Origin: Zymomonas mobilis subsp. mobilis ATCC 10988
GTDB lineage: Bacteria; Pseudomonadota; Alphaproteobacteria; Sphingomonadales; Sphingomonadaceae
Length of the DNA stretch: 32,000 nucleotides
Direction: 5' to 3'
Assembly (NCBI RefSeq): GCF_000175255.2
Contig: NC_017262.1
Coordinates: forward strand, 1 to 32,000
The translations under genes were made by a program, and so were the position numbers. Position 1 is the stretch's first letter. The number at the start of each line of letters is the position of its first letter. Shown piece by piece: positions 17,637 to 27,662 of this stretch. The notes under the pieces are model-generated. The model saw only the letters and a program-made list of their open reading frames with translations. It had not been told where the DNA came from and ran no database searches.

Positions 17637-18935
17637 ATGAAAAAACTTTTCCATGGAACCTTCCGGTCACTGAACAGCTTCAATTATCGCCTTTGGATAA
17701 GTGGAATGTTCGTGTCCAATATCGGGACATGGATGCAACGCATTGCACAGGACTGGCTGGTTCTGGTGCATTTAACCCATCATAATGCGACCGCTGTCGG
17801 CATTATTACGGCGCTACAATTCGCCCCTGTTTTTTTACTTTTGCCTTTTTCGGGTTATGCGGCCGACCATTTTGACCGCAGAAAATTTCTGATTTTTACA
17901 CAAGCGGCTATGGGATTAACCGCTTTAGGGCTGGGGATCCTGACGTTAAGCGGTTTGGTGCGTCTATGGCATGTCTATTTATTCGGTCTCATTTTGGGAG
18001 CAATCACGGCGATAGATGCTCCTGCGCGTCAAACTTTTGTTTCTGAACTGGTCAAGGAAGAGGATATTCCCAACGCGGTTGCCTTAAACTCCACCTCTTT
18101 CAATAGCGCACGCCTAATTGGGCCCGCGATTTCTGGTTTTCTGATTGCTGCATTTGGAAGCGGTGGCGTATTCCTGCTCAATGCAGCCTCTTTCGGAGCT
18201 GTCATTTTGGCGCTTTCCTTTCTGCGCCTTGATGAATTGTATCAAAGGGACAAACCCACAGACCAAAAACACGGTCTATCGGATGGTTTTCGTTATGTCC
18301 GCCATCGGCCGGATATCAAAACCATTCTGGCCATGCTTTTCCTGATTTGTACTTTCGGACTTAATTTCCCGATCTTTATTTCAACAATGGCTGTCACGGT
18401 TTTTCATGGCGAAGCCCGCCTTTATGGCCTGTTGATGTCTTCTATGGCTATCGGCTCGGTGACAGGCACCTTGTTCGTTGCCGGTCAGGCCAATCCGCAT
18501 ATTCGTCTGTTATTCCTCAGCACAATTCTATTCGGGATAAGCTGCCTTTTAGGGGCTTTAATGCCGGATGCACTGACCTTTGGTCTAGTTTTGGTTCTTA
18601 TCGGCTTATCGGCGCAGATTTTTACAACCGCATCCAATAGTCTGGTGCAATTATCGACCGATTCCAAGGTCAGAGGACGGGTTGTCGCCATTCTTCTGGC
18701 AGTCTCGGTCGGTGGCACCCCTGTCGGTAGTTTATTGATTGGCCGAGTAGCCGATATTTGGGGGGCACGCTACGCCTTAGGCATAGGGGCAATTTCTGGC
18801 TTCACAGCCGCCTTGATCGGCTTATGCTATCTCGTCAAATATCATCGATTGCATTTATATTTTAAAAAAGGCGACATCGCTTTTAAAATGAAGGCTGTTG
18901 GCGATAAAATAAAACACCCATTCCATCGCAGGTAA
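17637..18935 (+). CDS. MFS transporter
   Basis: 12-TM pattern; FVSNIGTWMQRIAQDWLVLVHL and GYAADHFDRRKFLIFTQAAMG; similar to the EntS/MFS_3 type. Confidence 0.93.
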   Translation: MKKLFHGTFRSLNSFNYRLWISGMFVSNIGTWMQRIAQDWLVLVHLTHHNATAVGIITALQFAPVFLLLPFSGYAADHFDRRKFLIFTQAAMGLTALGLGILTLSGLVRLWHVYLFGLILGAITAIDAPARQTFVSELVKEEDIPNAVALNSTSFNSARLIGPAISGFLIAAFGSGGVFLLNAASFGAVILALSFLRLDELYQRDKPTDQKHGLSDGFRYVRHRPDIKTILAMLFLICTFGLNFPIFISTMAVTVFHGEARLYGLLMSSMAIGSVTGTLFVAGQANPHIRLLFLSTILFGISCLLGALMPDALTFGLVLVLIGLSAQIFTTASNSLVQLSTDSKVRGRVVAILLAVSVGGTPVGSLLIGRVADIWGARYALGIGAISGFTAALIGLCYLVKYHRLHLYFKKGDIAFKMKAVGDKIKHPFHRR

Positions 18936-18963
18936 ATCTAAAAAGAATTTGAGATTTGAAACC

Positions 18964-19578
18964 ATGTCCTTAATAGCTTTTATCGCGGCCGCCTCTCTTC
19001 TGACTATAACACCGGGTCTTGATACGGCTATGGTCTTGCGTGTCGCTACAAGCAGCGGAACAGGTCCGGCCTTTATGGCGGGTATAGGTGTGGCTCTTGG
19101 ATGTCTGCTCTGGGGCATTGCGGCTTCACTGGGTTTAGGTGCTGTTTTACGAGCCTCTGAATTAGCCTATAACCTCATTAAATGGAGTGGCGCGGCTTAT
19201 TTATGTTGGCTGGGCATAAATCTGCTTATTCACCCCCGAAAAAATCTGGTGGATAGCCTCGATCCATCGATGCCATCAGCGACAAAGGCCTTAAGACAAG
19301 GCTTCTTCACCAACATCCTTAACCCCAAAGTCGGGATATTCTACGTTACTTTCTTGCCGCAATTCATGCCGTCATCTAGCCATTTAATTCAATATGCGTT
19401 TTTACTGACCTTTATCCATGCCATGATTACAATTCTTTGGTTCGCCATTTTGGCCTTGGCAACAGCACCGCTTCTCCGATTTTTAAAAAGACCGCGATTC
19501 TTGTCTGTGATTGATCGCTTAACCGGCTGCGTTTTTATTGCTTTCGGTTTGAAAATCGCTCTTTCCAAGGCCAAATAG
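18964..19578 (+). CDS. LysE/RhtB family translocator
   Basis: TPGLDTAMVLRVATSSGTGPAFMAGIGVALG, GAAYLCWLGINLL, FFTNILNPKVGIFYVTFLPQF. Confidence 0.93.
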   Translation: MSLIAFIAAASLLTITPGLDTAMVLRVATSSGTGPAFMAGIGVALGCLLWGIAASLGLGAVLRASELAYNLIKWSGAAYLCWLGINLLIHPRKNLVDSLDPSMPSATKALRQGFFTNILNPKVGIFYVTFLPQFMPSSSHLIQYAFLLTFIHAMITILWFAILALATAPLLRFLKRPRFLSVIDRLTGCVFIAFGLKIALSKAK

Positions 19579-19581
19579 CGT

Positions 19582-20289
19582 TCAAATTTTTGCCCCTGTC
19601 ACAACCATGACGATTTCAGAATCCTCTTTGGCTTCAATGGATATCGTTTCGACTTCAGCCAATCCGGCCGCATCGCCTTCTTGAAGAGTGCAATTCTCAA
19701 TTGCGATTATCCCCTTGGAGACAACCAGATAGCCATATCGTTGTTCTTCCAGAGGATAGTTGATGACATCGCCCTTATTCAAAGTCGCGCCTAAAACGGC
19801 TGCATCCGCATGAATAGGTAGCGCTTCTTTATCCTCAGGATATCCCGAGGCCAAAACCACAAAACGACCGGCGTGATCTTTTTTCGGAAAGGAGCGGCTT
19901 CCCCATGACGGTTTATGGCCTGACTGATTGGGCATAATCCAAATCTGGAACAAGCGAGTATCAGAAGCCTCTCGGTTATATTCGCTATGAATAATACCGG
20001 TTCCGGCCGACATAACTTGGACAGCACCGGCCTCTATCCGCCCTTTATTCCCAAGGCTGTCCTCATGGGTTAACGCGCCTTCGCGAATATAGGTAACGAT
20101 TTCCATATCTTTATGAGGATGCATGCCAAAGCCGGTATCAGGCGCAATCCGGTCATCATTCCACACTCTAACCGCGCCCCAATTTATCCGGTCGGGATCA
20201 AAATATCGAGCAAAGGAAAAATGATGTCTGGCTTGCAACCATCCATGGTCAGCAAAGCCCAGATTTTTATAAGGACGCTTTACAATCAT
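19582..20289 (-). CDS. Pirin family protein (cupin)
   Basis: FGMHPHKDMEIVTYIREGALTHEDSLGN and VQVMSAGTGIIHSEYNRE. ORF extends to 20322; MIVKRPYKNLG is the more likely start. Confidence 0.94.
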   Translation of the reverse strand: MIVKRPYKNLGFADHGWLQARHHFSFARYFDPDRINWGAVRVWNDDRIAPDTGFGMHPHKDMEIVTYIREGALTHEDSLGNKGRIEAGAVQVMSAGTGIIHSEYNREASDTRLFQIWIMPNQSGHKPSWGSRSFPKKDHAGRFVVLASGYPEDKEALPIHADAAVLGATLNKGDVINYPLEEQRYGYLVVSKGIIAIENCTLQEGDAAGLAEVETISIEAKEDSEIVMVVTGAKI

Positions 20290-20354
20290 ATCACTGATCC
20301 TTTCCTGTTGTCCCAAGATCAATGACTAGAAGACGTGCTATAGATAATATATAG

Positions 20355-20380
20355 AAATAATATAAATATATCATTTCTGT
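20355..20380. promoter_or_regulatory. AT-rich inverted repeat in the divergent pirin/LysR intergenic region; candidate operator
   Basis: AGAAAT-N14-ATTTCT in the region between the two divergent start codons. Confidence 0.35.
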
Positions 20381-20420
20381 ATTTTTACTAAATTAAAGCG
20401 ATTTTGATCGAGATGCCAAA

Positions 20421-21332
20421 ATGAAATTACCCGATTTTGAAGCATGGGCGATTTTTGCCAAGGTAGCTGAATTAGGTTCTTTTGCGCGGGCAGCCGAAGC
20501 GATCCAGCTTTCCAAACCCACGGTTTCAAAGGCGGTAAGTCGCCTTGAGCAATCCTTGGGCAGTGCGCTATTCAATCGCAATTCCCGTCATATTTCTTTG
20601 ACCGATCTCGGGCGGTCACTTTTGGGACATGCTAATAAAATTATTGCCGAAGCCGAAATGGCCGAAACCGAAGCCCGTGGTGGTATCCAGCGCCCTTCGG
20701 GGCTTATCAAAATAGCTGCACCAACGACTTTTGGCCTATGGCATTTATCACCGGTTCTGCCAGATTTTTTGGCGCAATATCCGGAAATAGATATCTCAAT
20801 TGATTTCAGTGATGCGCTCGTTGATCTTGTGGGGGAGGGCTATGATATCGCTCTTAGAATAGCTTCTCTTGCGGATTCAGCCTTACGGGCGCGGCGGCTT
20901 TGTCCGGTGCGCCTTTTATTGGTGGCAACCAGCGATTATCTCGATCGTATTGGTCGGCCACAGCATCCCAAGGCACTCGAGAAGCAAAAAAGTTTTGTCT
21001 ATACCAACAGTCGGGCTTCAGGCATGATTCGTCTGCGGCATGAACAGAGCGGCAAGGAATATGTTCTCTCGCAATCTTCCCGTTTCAGGGCTGATAATGC
21101 CGAAGCTTTTCTACCTGCCTTAGAAGCCGGATTGGGCTTTGGAATATTTCCTGATTTTATGGTCTGGGAAGGCCTGAAATCCGGCAAATTGGAACAGATA
21201 TTGCCAGAATGGGACGCCGGTTCAATTGCGCTTTATCTCGTTACTTCTGCCAATCCACTAAGACCAATGCGCGTGAATGTATTACTTGATTATCTGACCA
21301 AAGCGTTTAAAAATCCACCTTGGACAAAATAA
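20421..21332 (+). CDS. LysR family transcriptional regulator
   Basis: N-terminal HTH FAKVAELGSFARAAEAIQLSKPTVSKAVSRLEQSLGSALFNRNSRHISLTDLG followed by an effector-binding domain. Confidence 0.95.
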   Translation: MKLPDFEAWAIFAKVAELGSFARAAEAIQLSKPTVSKAVSRLEQSLGSALFNRNSRHISLTDLGRSLLGHANKIIAEAEMAETEARGGIQRPSGLIKIAAPTTFGLWHLSPVLPDFLAQYPEIDISIDFSDALVDLVGEGYDIALRIASLADSALRARRLCPVRLLLVATSDYLDRIGRPQHPKALEKQKSFVYTNSRASGMIRLRHEQSGKEYVLSQSSRFRADNAEAFLPALEAGLGFGIFPDFMVWEGLKSGKLEQILPEWDAGSIALYLVTSANPLRPMRVNVLLDYLTKAFKNPPWTK

Positions 21333-21431
21333 ATTACTCCACGAGCTCAGAAGTTTTCTGCATTGTCTCCGAATGCCTTGCCCTGCTTTCTGCGGCAAAG
21401 GAATTCAGAAATTAAACCCTACGAAAACCAC

Positions 21432-21461
21432 AATGCCTCCGAAGCCCATTTCGGAGGCATT
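21432..21461. terminator. Hairpin between convergent LysR and wrbA genes
   Basis: AATGCCTCCGAA-GCCCAT-TTCGGAGGCATT, perfect 12-bp stem 12 nt past the wrbA stop; weak T tracts on both sides. Confidence 0.75.
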
Positions 21462-21472
21462 ATGTTTCAGTT

Positions 21473-22084
21473 CTATTGGGCTGTCAGTTTTTTGGCCAAT
21501 TCGGCCACATGCTGGCCTAAGAATTTCGCGCCATCCAACTCATTCTCGCTAGGCTGCCGTGAACCATCGCTTGCGGCAATGGTCGTCGCGCCATAGGGCG
21601 CACCACCTGTTACTTCATCCAGCCGTCCTTGGCCTTGAAAGCTATAGGGCAGGCCGCTGATAACAAGGCCATGATGCAACAGGCTAGACATCAAGGAATA
21701 AAGCGTGGTTTCCTGTCCGCCATGCTGGGTCGCGGTAGAGGTAAAGACCGCTCCGACCTTTCCGATCAAGGCACCCTGCGCCCAGATGCCCCCCGTCCGA
21801 TCCCAAAAATTCGCCATTTGTGATGGCAAACGCCCAAATCGGGTTGGTGCGCCAACAATAATGCCATCATATTCAAGCAAGTCTTTCGGCTCGGCAATCG
21901 GTGCTTTCTGGTCGATCTTGAAATGGTTCTTCTTGGCGGCTTCTTCCGGCACTAATTCCGGCACCCGTTTCACATCGGCTTCGGCACCGGCGGCGCGAGC
22001 GCCTTCTGCCACAGCATAGGCCATGCTTTCGACATGACCATAAGTGGAATAATAAAGAACAAGAATTTTAGGCATAATCAACAA
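21473..22084 (-). CDS. wrbA: NAD(P)H:quinone oxidoreductase, flavoprotein WrbA
   Basis: [73 protein letters not shown]. Confidence 0.95.
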   Translation of the reverse strand: MLIMPKILVLYYSTYGHVESMAYAVAEGARAAGAEADVKRVPELVPEEAAKKNHFKIDQKAPIAEPKDLLEYDGIIVGAPTRFGRLPSQMANFWDRTGGIWAQGALIGKVGAVFTSTATQHGGQETTLYSLMSSLLHHGLVISGLPYSFQGQGRLDEVTGGAPYGATTIAASDGSRQPSENELDGAKFLGQHVAELAKKLTAQ

Positions 22085-22354
22085 CCTTCTTTTGTGATGG
22101 TAAAATCTTTATGACCGTATTTTGCCCTTTAATCCGGTGACAAAAGGCCACTATTTTCCAGACCATGGTTAGCTGAAATCTTCTCCCCCGCACTTCATGA
22201 AGGGGACTATTTCTACGGTATCAATATGAAGCCTTTTTGATAAACGCTTCTAATCCTGAAAAGAGCCATGCCGATTCCTTGATTCCAGACCTCAATGATA
22301 ATTTTCCAAAAGGAAGGCCTTCAGTCTGGATTACAGACATCCGCTTAAAAGATT

Positions 22355-22969
22355 TTAGCTCCGCTTTTCAAAAGCACCGGCGATATGCAGCGTCACATTA
22401 TCGCTGACATAAGGAACATAGGTTTTAATGCCAAAATCACTGCGTTTGATTGTCGTGTCGCCTTCAAAACCAGCAGTATATTTTTTATCCAAAGGATTGA
22501 TACCAGCTCCGACGAAACGCACTTTCAAAATTTCAGGTTTGGTAATGCCATGCAAAGTCAGATTACCTGTCACCACCGCTTCATTTTTACCCGTCTGACG
22601 GATCTGAGTTGACACAAAGCGGGCTTCAGGAAATTTTGCGCTATCAAACCATTGGTCGCCTTTTAACTCGTCATCCAGTTTTGAACTGGTCGTCAAAACC
22701 GAAGCGATCGGAATAGTGACAGCAAGACTCGATTTGGCAGGATTCTGCGTATCAAGATCAAGTCTGCCCGATATCTGCGAAAAAATACCCTGATAATAGG
22801 TAAAGCCAAAATGCAGCACCGAAAAGGCGACTTGGGTATGATAAGGCTCAACATCATAGCTTCCGGCCTGAATTTGTTCGGCATGGGTCACCGCTTCAGC
22901 CGAAGCCATGTCAACAGCCGTAAAAGACAAGAAAAATGCCGTAGCGGCTAAAGAAATAAACGGCTTCAT
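22355..22969 (-). CDS. YceI family periplasmic protein
   Basis: Signal peptide; YDVEPYHTQVAFSVLHFGFTYYQGIFSQISGRLDLD; LTLHGITKPEILKVRF; IKRSDFGI. Confidence 0.94.
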   Translation of the reverse strand: MKPFISLAATAFFLSFTAVDMASAEAVTHAEQIQAGSYDVEPYHTQVAFSVLHFGFTYYQGIFSQISGRLDLDTQNPAKSSLAVTIPIASVLTTSSKLDDELKGDQWFDSAKFPEARFVSTQIRQTGKNEAVVTGNLTLHGITKPEILKVRFVGAGINPLDKKYTAGFEGDTTIKRSDFGIKTYVPYVSDNVTLHIAGAFEKRS

Positions 22970-23249
22970 TTGACGAAACTCCGGTCAAAACAACATCAAA
23001 AGCCCAAGATTTTGCCTAACAAGGATAGTCGCCTAAAAAGACATCAAGCCATTTTCCCTGTTCAAGCTATTCCTGCTAGCTCTTTCAACATAGGCTTACC
23101 GAAAGCCTTTAATTCCATAAATAGAAACAAATGAAATCTATCATTTCCAAATTTTACATCAAACTAAGCCAAGATCATCAAAAACCACTAAAAACCGGCC
23201 AATAATCAATAAAATAGCGGCTTATAAAACAGACCAATTCAAAACCAAG

Positions 23250-23277
23250 AAATCATAAATCATAAATCATAAATCAT
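23250..23277. repeat. 7-bp tandem repeat (AAATCAT)x4
   Basis: Four perfect units counted directly in the yceI-mscS intergenic region. Confidence 0.95.
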
Positions 23278-23291
23278 TTTCTCCATATATT

Positions 23292-23329
23292 AAAAAAAAT
23301 CCCCTGACAGGCTTTCACCTCTCAAGGGA
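23292..23329 (-). terminator. Intrinsic terminator on the minus strand with no gene directly upstream
   Basis: Minus strand TCCCTTGA-G-AGG-TGAAAG-CCT-G-TCAGGGGA followed by TTTTTTTT: 8-bp lower stem (one G-U), 3-bp upper stem, 8-T tract. Confidence 0.85.
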
Positions 23330-23627
23330 CAAGGTCATTATCACCAATAAAAAACAGCCAGCCATCTCACTGTTTCATCCGAGATAATGCGATTAAAAAT
23401 GACAAGATAATAACAAAGCCTTTTTGGGTCTGTCGGCTTATGTCACAGGTAATATTTCTTTCGTAAAATGGCTTAATCTAGCGGAATACCAGATATAATC
23501 TTCTTCTCTCAAACAGAATGAAGACGCTTTACCACAAGCAAAAAAGCCCATTTTAAAATATCTTATGCCTGCCGAAAAATTTTTCTTCTAATAAAATCTA
23601 CCTTTTAAACAGTCATAGATAGAGCAC
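23330..23627 (-). ncRNA. Possible small RNA region between the mscS terminator and the orphan terminator (inference only; 5' end undefined)
   Basis: About 300 bp with no credible ORF, bounded on the minus strand by two intrinsic terminators. No confident promoter identified. Confidence 0.3.
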
Positions 23628-23673
23628 AAAAAAATCCGGCTACCTATGCGTGATGCATATCAGGTAACCGGAT
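23628..23673 (-). terminator. Rho-independent terminator of the MscS-family gene
   Basis: Minus strand ATCCGGTTACCTGATATGC...GCATAGGTAGCCGGAT followed by TTTTTT; just downstream of the stop at 23697. Confidence 0.85.
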
Positions 23674-23696
23674 AAAACCCTGTCAGGATTTAAATT

Positions 23697-26510
23697 CTAA
23701 TTCTCTTCTCCAGAGTCTTTCTGATCAGACTCCGCACCAGAGGCTTTGCCTCGACTATTCTTCGCCGCATGGGACTCCGTATCAGCCTCTTTCCCTGCTG
23801 ATTTTCTAGAAGAGGAGCCATCTATCTTTTGACCGGTCTTTACGGCGTCATCAGAATGCGCATTAGCCGCTTCCAGTTTCCGCATCATATCGGTATCCGA
23901 TTGCGGCGCAGGGCTAGGCTGATCGTTGATCCAATGTAACGGCGATCCTGGCGGCGTCGTATAATAGGAAGTGCCGGTATAGAATTTGATATTCGCTTCC
24001 GCCATACGGTTACCCAGACGGCGATAGAATTCTCTTTGGACTTTCCATTTCATCATTGCCGCAGTGCGGATAGAGCCTACTAGAACCGAACCATTGCTGT
24101 CTGAAATATCGACACCCAGATCATTATAACCGGAATAAATAATGTCTTTATAGGCATCTTCTTTTCGCATTTCGTCGATAGTCTTCTGCATAATTTTAAC
24201 GAGACGATCAGGGTCTTCAGATAGATCAAGTGTCTGACGAATAATAATCTGGTTAAAATCGCGGCCTGTATTGGCAATAGACGACACCGAAGAAAAGGGA
24301 ATGATGTGCAAATCACCATTCACGGCTCTGACGCGCAAGGTTCTGATTGATAGATGCTCGACCGTGCCGGAAACACCACCAGTTGAAACCCAGTCACCAA
24401 CCTGAATCGCATCTTCCACCAGCATAAAGAAGCCGGTGATAAAATCCTTCACAAGGCTTTGCGAACCAAAGGCGATTGCCGCACCCATGATACCCGCACC
24501 GGTCAGCAAAGGAGCCACATTAATACCGATTTGGGATAAGGTCGTCACCGCAACGATCGCTATGATAAAGACCAAAAGCACGGTGCGAATAATCGGGAAA
24601 ACCGTGCGCAACCGTGTTGCCCGACTGAACTGATTGCTTTCATGATAGCGATCTATCTGGCGGTTCAACATCGCATTGATGACTTCCCACAGGGTTACAG
24701 CCACAGTGATCGCGATAAAAAGGCTAAAGGCCAGACTGGTCAGGCGCGCCCCGATTGATGATTTGAAAAGAAAGCGAAGGGTAGGGATACCCCAACTCTG
24801 GGTCAAAGCAATCAGCGAGACCGCCGTAATCACAAAGGTGATAATGCTGCGGACATAAGGATAATAGAAATCAGCGCGCTTCTGTAACCGCGGATAGCGG
24901 CTTTTCATGTCATCATTGAAATTGAACAGATTTTCTTGCGCGCCATAGGCCAAAACCGCCGCCAGACGAGAGAAAACTAAAATCGCGACCGTCAAAATAC
25001 AACTGCGGAGCATCCATCGATAGCCACCATGGAAACGGGTTGCCCAGACCACCCACAAGGCGATATCGACAAAGATAGCCGGTATCCACCAAAGGCCAAT
25101 AATCGTGCTGATGAAGCGCCAAAAGGGACGGCTCTGTAATTTTTCCGGCGGCCGCAAAGCTTGTGCGACAATATGCCGGATTCGCCAAATAAAGGCGGCT
25201 AAAAACAGATGTTCAACCAGAATAGAGGCTAAGATCAAAGCCTCAATACCGCGCCTTGCGATGTGAAATTCATCTCCCATAGAGATCAAAAACATACCGA
25301 TCGAAGGCGTGATAACGAGAATATTCGCCCATTTTATAACCAAAGCTGCCGTCGAATCCGAAGCAGGAAGAAGCCTGATCGGGGGCGATTTTGGCGCAAA
25401 AGTTGATTCCAGAATGATATAGGCAGTGCGTGACAAGGCATAAGCATTGGCAAGAGACAAGGTCAAAGCCTCAGCCTGACGGCTGGGCGATATCAACGCC
25501 GAAACGATATAGTTAAAGCCTAAGAAAATAGCGACCGGCAATAACTTGGTGATCAAGTGGTAAAAGGCAAAAGGAATACGGATAATAAAGGCCATCACTT
25601 CATTTTGGCGACGATGGTCTTCTGCCCGCGTTTCCTTGGTCTCGGCCGCTTTTTCTTCGGAATTGTCCGAACCAGCATCGCCTACATCTGAAGCAATTTC
25701 TAGATTGTCGCTGCTGTCGTCATTATTTTCGGGCTGGGGCGCATGTTTCAGGCTCCATGCGGTCTCATAAGATTGGGCGCGTTCTTTGATGGTTCGAAGT
25801 AACCCACGCGTAAAAAAGACTATCGTATATTCAAGCGCCAGCCCAATACCAAAAATCAACAACCCATAAAGAACAGCCTTAAACAGAATAGTTCGAGCAG
25901 CCTGATGGGTCATCTCATAATGGAACCAGCGACTGACAAAGCCCATATCCTTGAATATAGCGGCGAAACTGGTGGTATATTTGACGATATAACGCGAGAC
26001 GATATTAAGATCGTCACTTACATCTTTATCAATCAAAGCCGCCGGCTCACTGCTATTTTCAGTGCTGCTGCTATCTGTTGTCGCAGGCGCAGCGGCTTTA
26101 CTGGCTGGTTTTGCCGCTACAGCCGCTGCCTTCGGAGCCGTTGCATCCTGATTATTCGATGCGGCATTAGAGGCGCTGGAATCGCTATCCGTGCTATCAC
26201 TAGCGGCAGTATTAGCGCTAGCCTGATCGCTCGGTAATCCCTTTGCAATCAAAGAAAGCGTCTGGGTGAACTCTTCCCGTTTTTTAGGATTATCCAGAAT
26301 ATTTAGTAATTTTTTGGCTTCTGATTTTGATAAAGCCTGATTGCCTTGCGGCTGTGCCTGACTGGTCTGACTGCTATTATCTGTAGCAGCATCTTGGGCA
26401 TAGAGAGACTGATTTAAAAAGAAAAAAGAGAAAAGCAGCGGCAAAATAAAACGTATTTTGTGAAAAAGCCTATGATTGAGTTGCGACAGCATTTTCATAA
26501 AAACAGACAC
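23697..26510 (-). CDS. Large MscS-family mechanosensitive channel with N-terminal signal peptide and low-complexity periplasmic region
   Basis: 937 aa; MscS core APLLTGAGIMGAAIAFGSQSLVKDFITGFFMLVEDAIQVGDWVSTGGVSGTVEHLSIRTLRVRAVNGDLHIIPFSSV; multiple TM helices. Confidence 0.94.
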   Translation of the reverse strand: MSVFMKMLSQLNHRLFHKIRFILPLLFSFFFLNQSLYAQDAATDNSSQTSQAQPQGNQALSKSEAKKLLNILDNPKKREEFTQTLSLIAKGLPSDQASANTAASDSTDSDSSASNAASNNQDATAPKAAAVAAKPASKAAAPATTDSSSTENSSEPAALIDKDVSDDLNIVSRYIVKYTTSFAAIFKDMGFVSRWFHYEMTHQAARTILFKAVLYGLLIFGIGLALEYTIVFFTRGLLRTIKERAQSYETAWSLKHAPQPENNDDSSDNLEIASDVGDAGSDNSEEKAAETKETRAEDHRRQNEVMAFIIRIPFAFYHLITKLLPVAIFLGFNYIVSALISPSRQAEALTLSLANAYALSRTAYIILESTFAPKSPPIRLLPASDSTAALVIKWANILVITPSIGMFLISMGDEFHIARRGIEALILASILVEHLFLAAFIWRIRHIVAQALRPPEKLQSRPFWRFISTIIGLWWIPAIFVDIALWVVWATRFHGGYRWMLRSCILTVAILVFSRLAAVLAYGAQENLFNFNDDMKSRYPRLQKRADFYYPYVRSIITFVITAVSLIALTQSWGIPTLRFLFKSSIGARLTSLAFSLFIAITVAVTLWEVINAMLNRQIDRYHESNQFSRATRLRTVFPIIRTVLLVFIIAIVAVTTLSQIGINVAPLLTGAGIMGAAIAFGSQSLVKDFITGFFMLVEDAIQVGDWVSTGGVSGTVEHLSIRTLRVRAVNGDLHIIPFSSVSSIANTGRDFNQIIIRQTLDLSEDPDRLVKIMQKTIDEMRKEDAYKDIIYSGYNDLGVDISDSNGSVLVGSIRTAAMMKWKVQREFYRRLGNRMAEANIKFYTGTSYYTTPPGSPLHWINDQPSPAPQSDTDMMRKLEAANAHSDDAVKTGQKIDGSSSRKSAGKEADTESHAAKNSRGKASGAESDQKDSGEEN

Positions 26511-26833
26511 GCTTTACCTTCTCTATAGCCGTATCAAGACAAAATCAGACAAAAACCAAATCAGTGGTTATAAAATTCTTATTCTGACGTGACGTTGTCG
26601 TCAAAAATCAGACAACTTCCTTATGAATACAAGCTCTATGCCGATATTCTCGAAAATAACAATTTCTTTCTGAATAAAAGGCTTCAAAATTAGCCTGACA
26701 TCCAAAAAACAAAGATATATTTTCAGATATGAATCTGCAATTCAGCATCGCTGAATCCGATAATCTTTATAAAACCATCACAGGCTTTTTTGTTCCTCAA
26801 CAGAAAACCGCATTTCTTCTTAGCAAAGCCGGA

Positions 26834-27610
26834 TTAACATAAGCGAAATTGTTCGCGCGCAATCCGGTCATCCAAAGCATGATTAGGATCAAAGAGAAGA
26901 TGAAGCGGCGTTGTCCGGTCAAGCGTGATTGTTACATTGGCAATTTCGCGTAATTCGCGCTGATCTGCGACAGCACTCATCGGCCTTTTGTCGGGGTCAA
27001 CCACACGCATATCAATGATAGAACCATCCGGCACAATCGCGCCACGCCACCGCCTTGGGCGGAAAGGACTAATCGGGGTTAAAGCCAGCATACCGGAATC
27101 AAAAGGCAAAATCGGACCATCAGCAGACAGATTATAAGCCGTCGATCCCGCAGGGGTCGCAACCAAAACACCATCTGAAACCAATTCAGGCAAAACAATC
27201 CGGCCATCGACGCTGATTTCCAGATGCGCTGTCTGACGGGTTTCCCGCAACATAGATACTTCGTTGATTGCTCTATATATTTTTTGCTCGCCGGAAACCG
27301 TCTGGCCGTCCATCCGCAAAGGATAAACGGTAAATTGTTTGGCTCTTATCAGCCGCCTAAGAAGATTGGATGGCCGCCATTCATTCATCAGAAAACCGAC
27401 CGTTCCCAAATTCATCCCGAAAACTGGCAGATTAAAGCTATTATCCAGAAGATGATGCAGCGTTTGCAGCATGAAACCATCACCGCCCAAGGCGATAATG
27501 ACATCAGCTTCTTCCAACGGATACCATTGGTATAATTTCTTCAGCTCTTCTGCGGCTTTTTGTGCCTTCGGGGTCGGGGAGGCAATAAGGGTCATTCTGT
27601 TGAATTTCAT
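26834..27610 (-). CDS. nadK: NAD kinase
   Basis: DVIIALGGDGFMLQTLHHLL, GMNLGTVGFLMNE, GVLVATPAGSTAYNLSADGPILP. Confidence 0.95.
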   Translation of the reverse strand: MKFNRMTLIASPTPKAQKAAEELKKLYQWYPLEEADVIIALGGDGFMLQTLHHLLDNSFNLPVFGMNLGTVGFLMNEWRPSNLLRRLIRAKQFTVYPLRMDGQTVSGEQKIYRAINEVSMLRETRQTAHLEISVDGRIVLPELVSDGVLVATPAGSTAYNLSADGPILPFDSGMLALTPISPFRPRRWRGAIVPDGSIIDMRVVDPDKRPMSAVADQRELREIANVTITLDRTTPLHLLFDPNHALDDRIAREQFRLC

Positions 27611-27662
27611 AGCTGATCTTTTCCTGCCCTTAACGGAAATGGCAATGTCCTGATAAATCCAT

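Noticed and set aside
22193-22202. Palindrome CTTCATGAAG in the wrbA-yceI gap flanked by CCCC and GGGG
   Set aside because: Short palindrome of this size is expected by chance; no T tract or further context.
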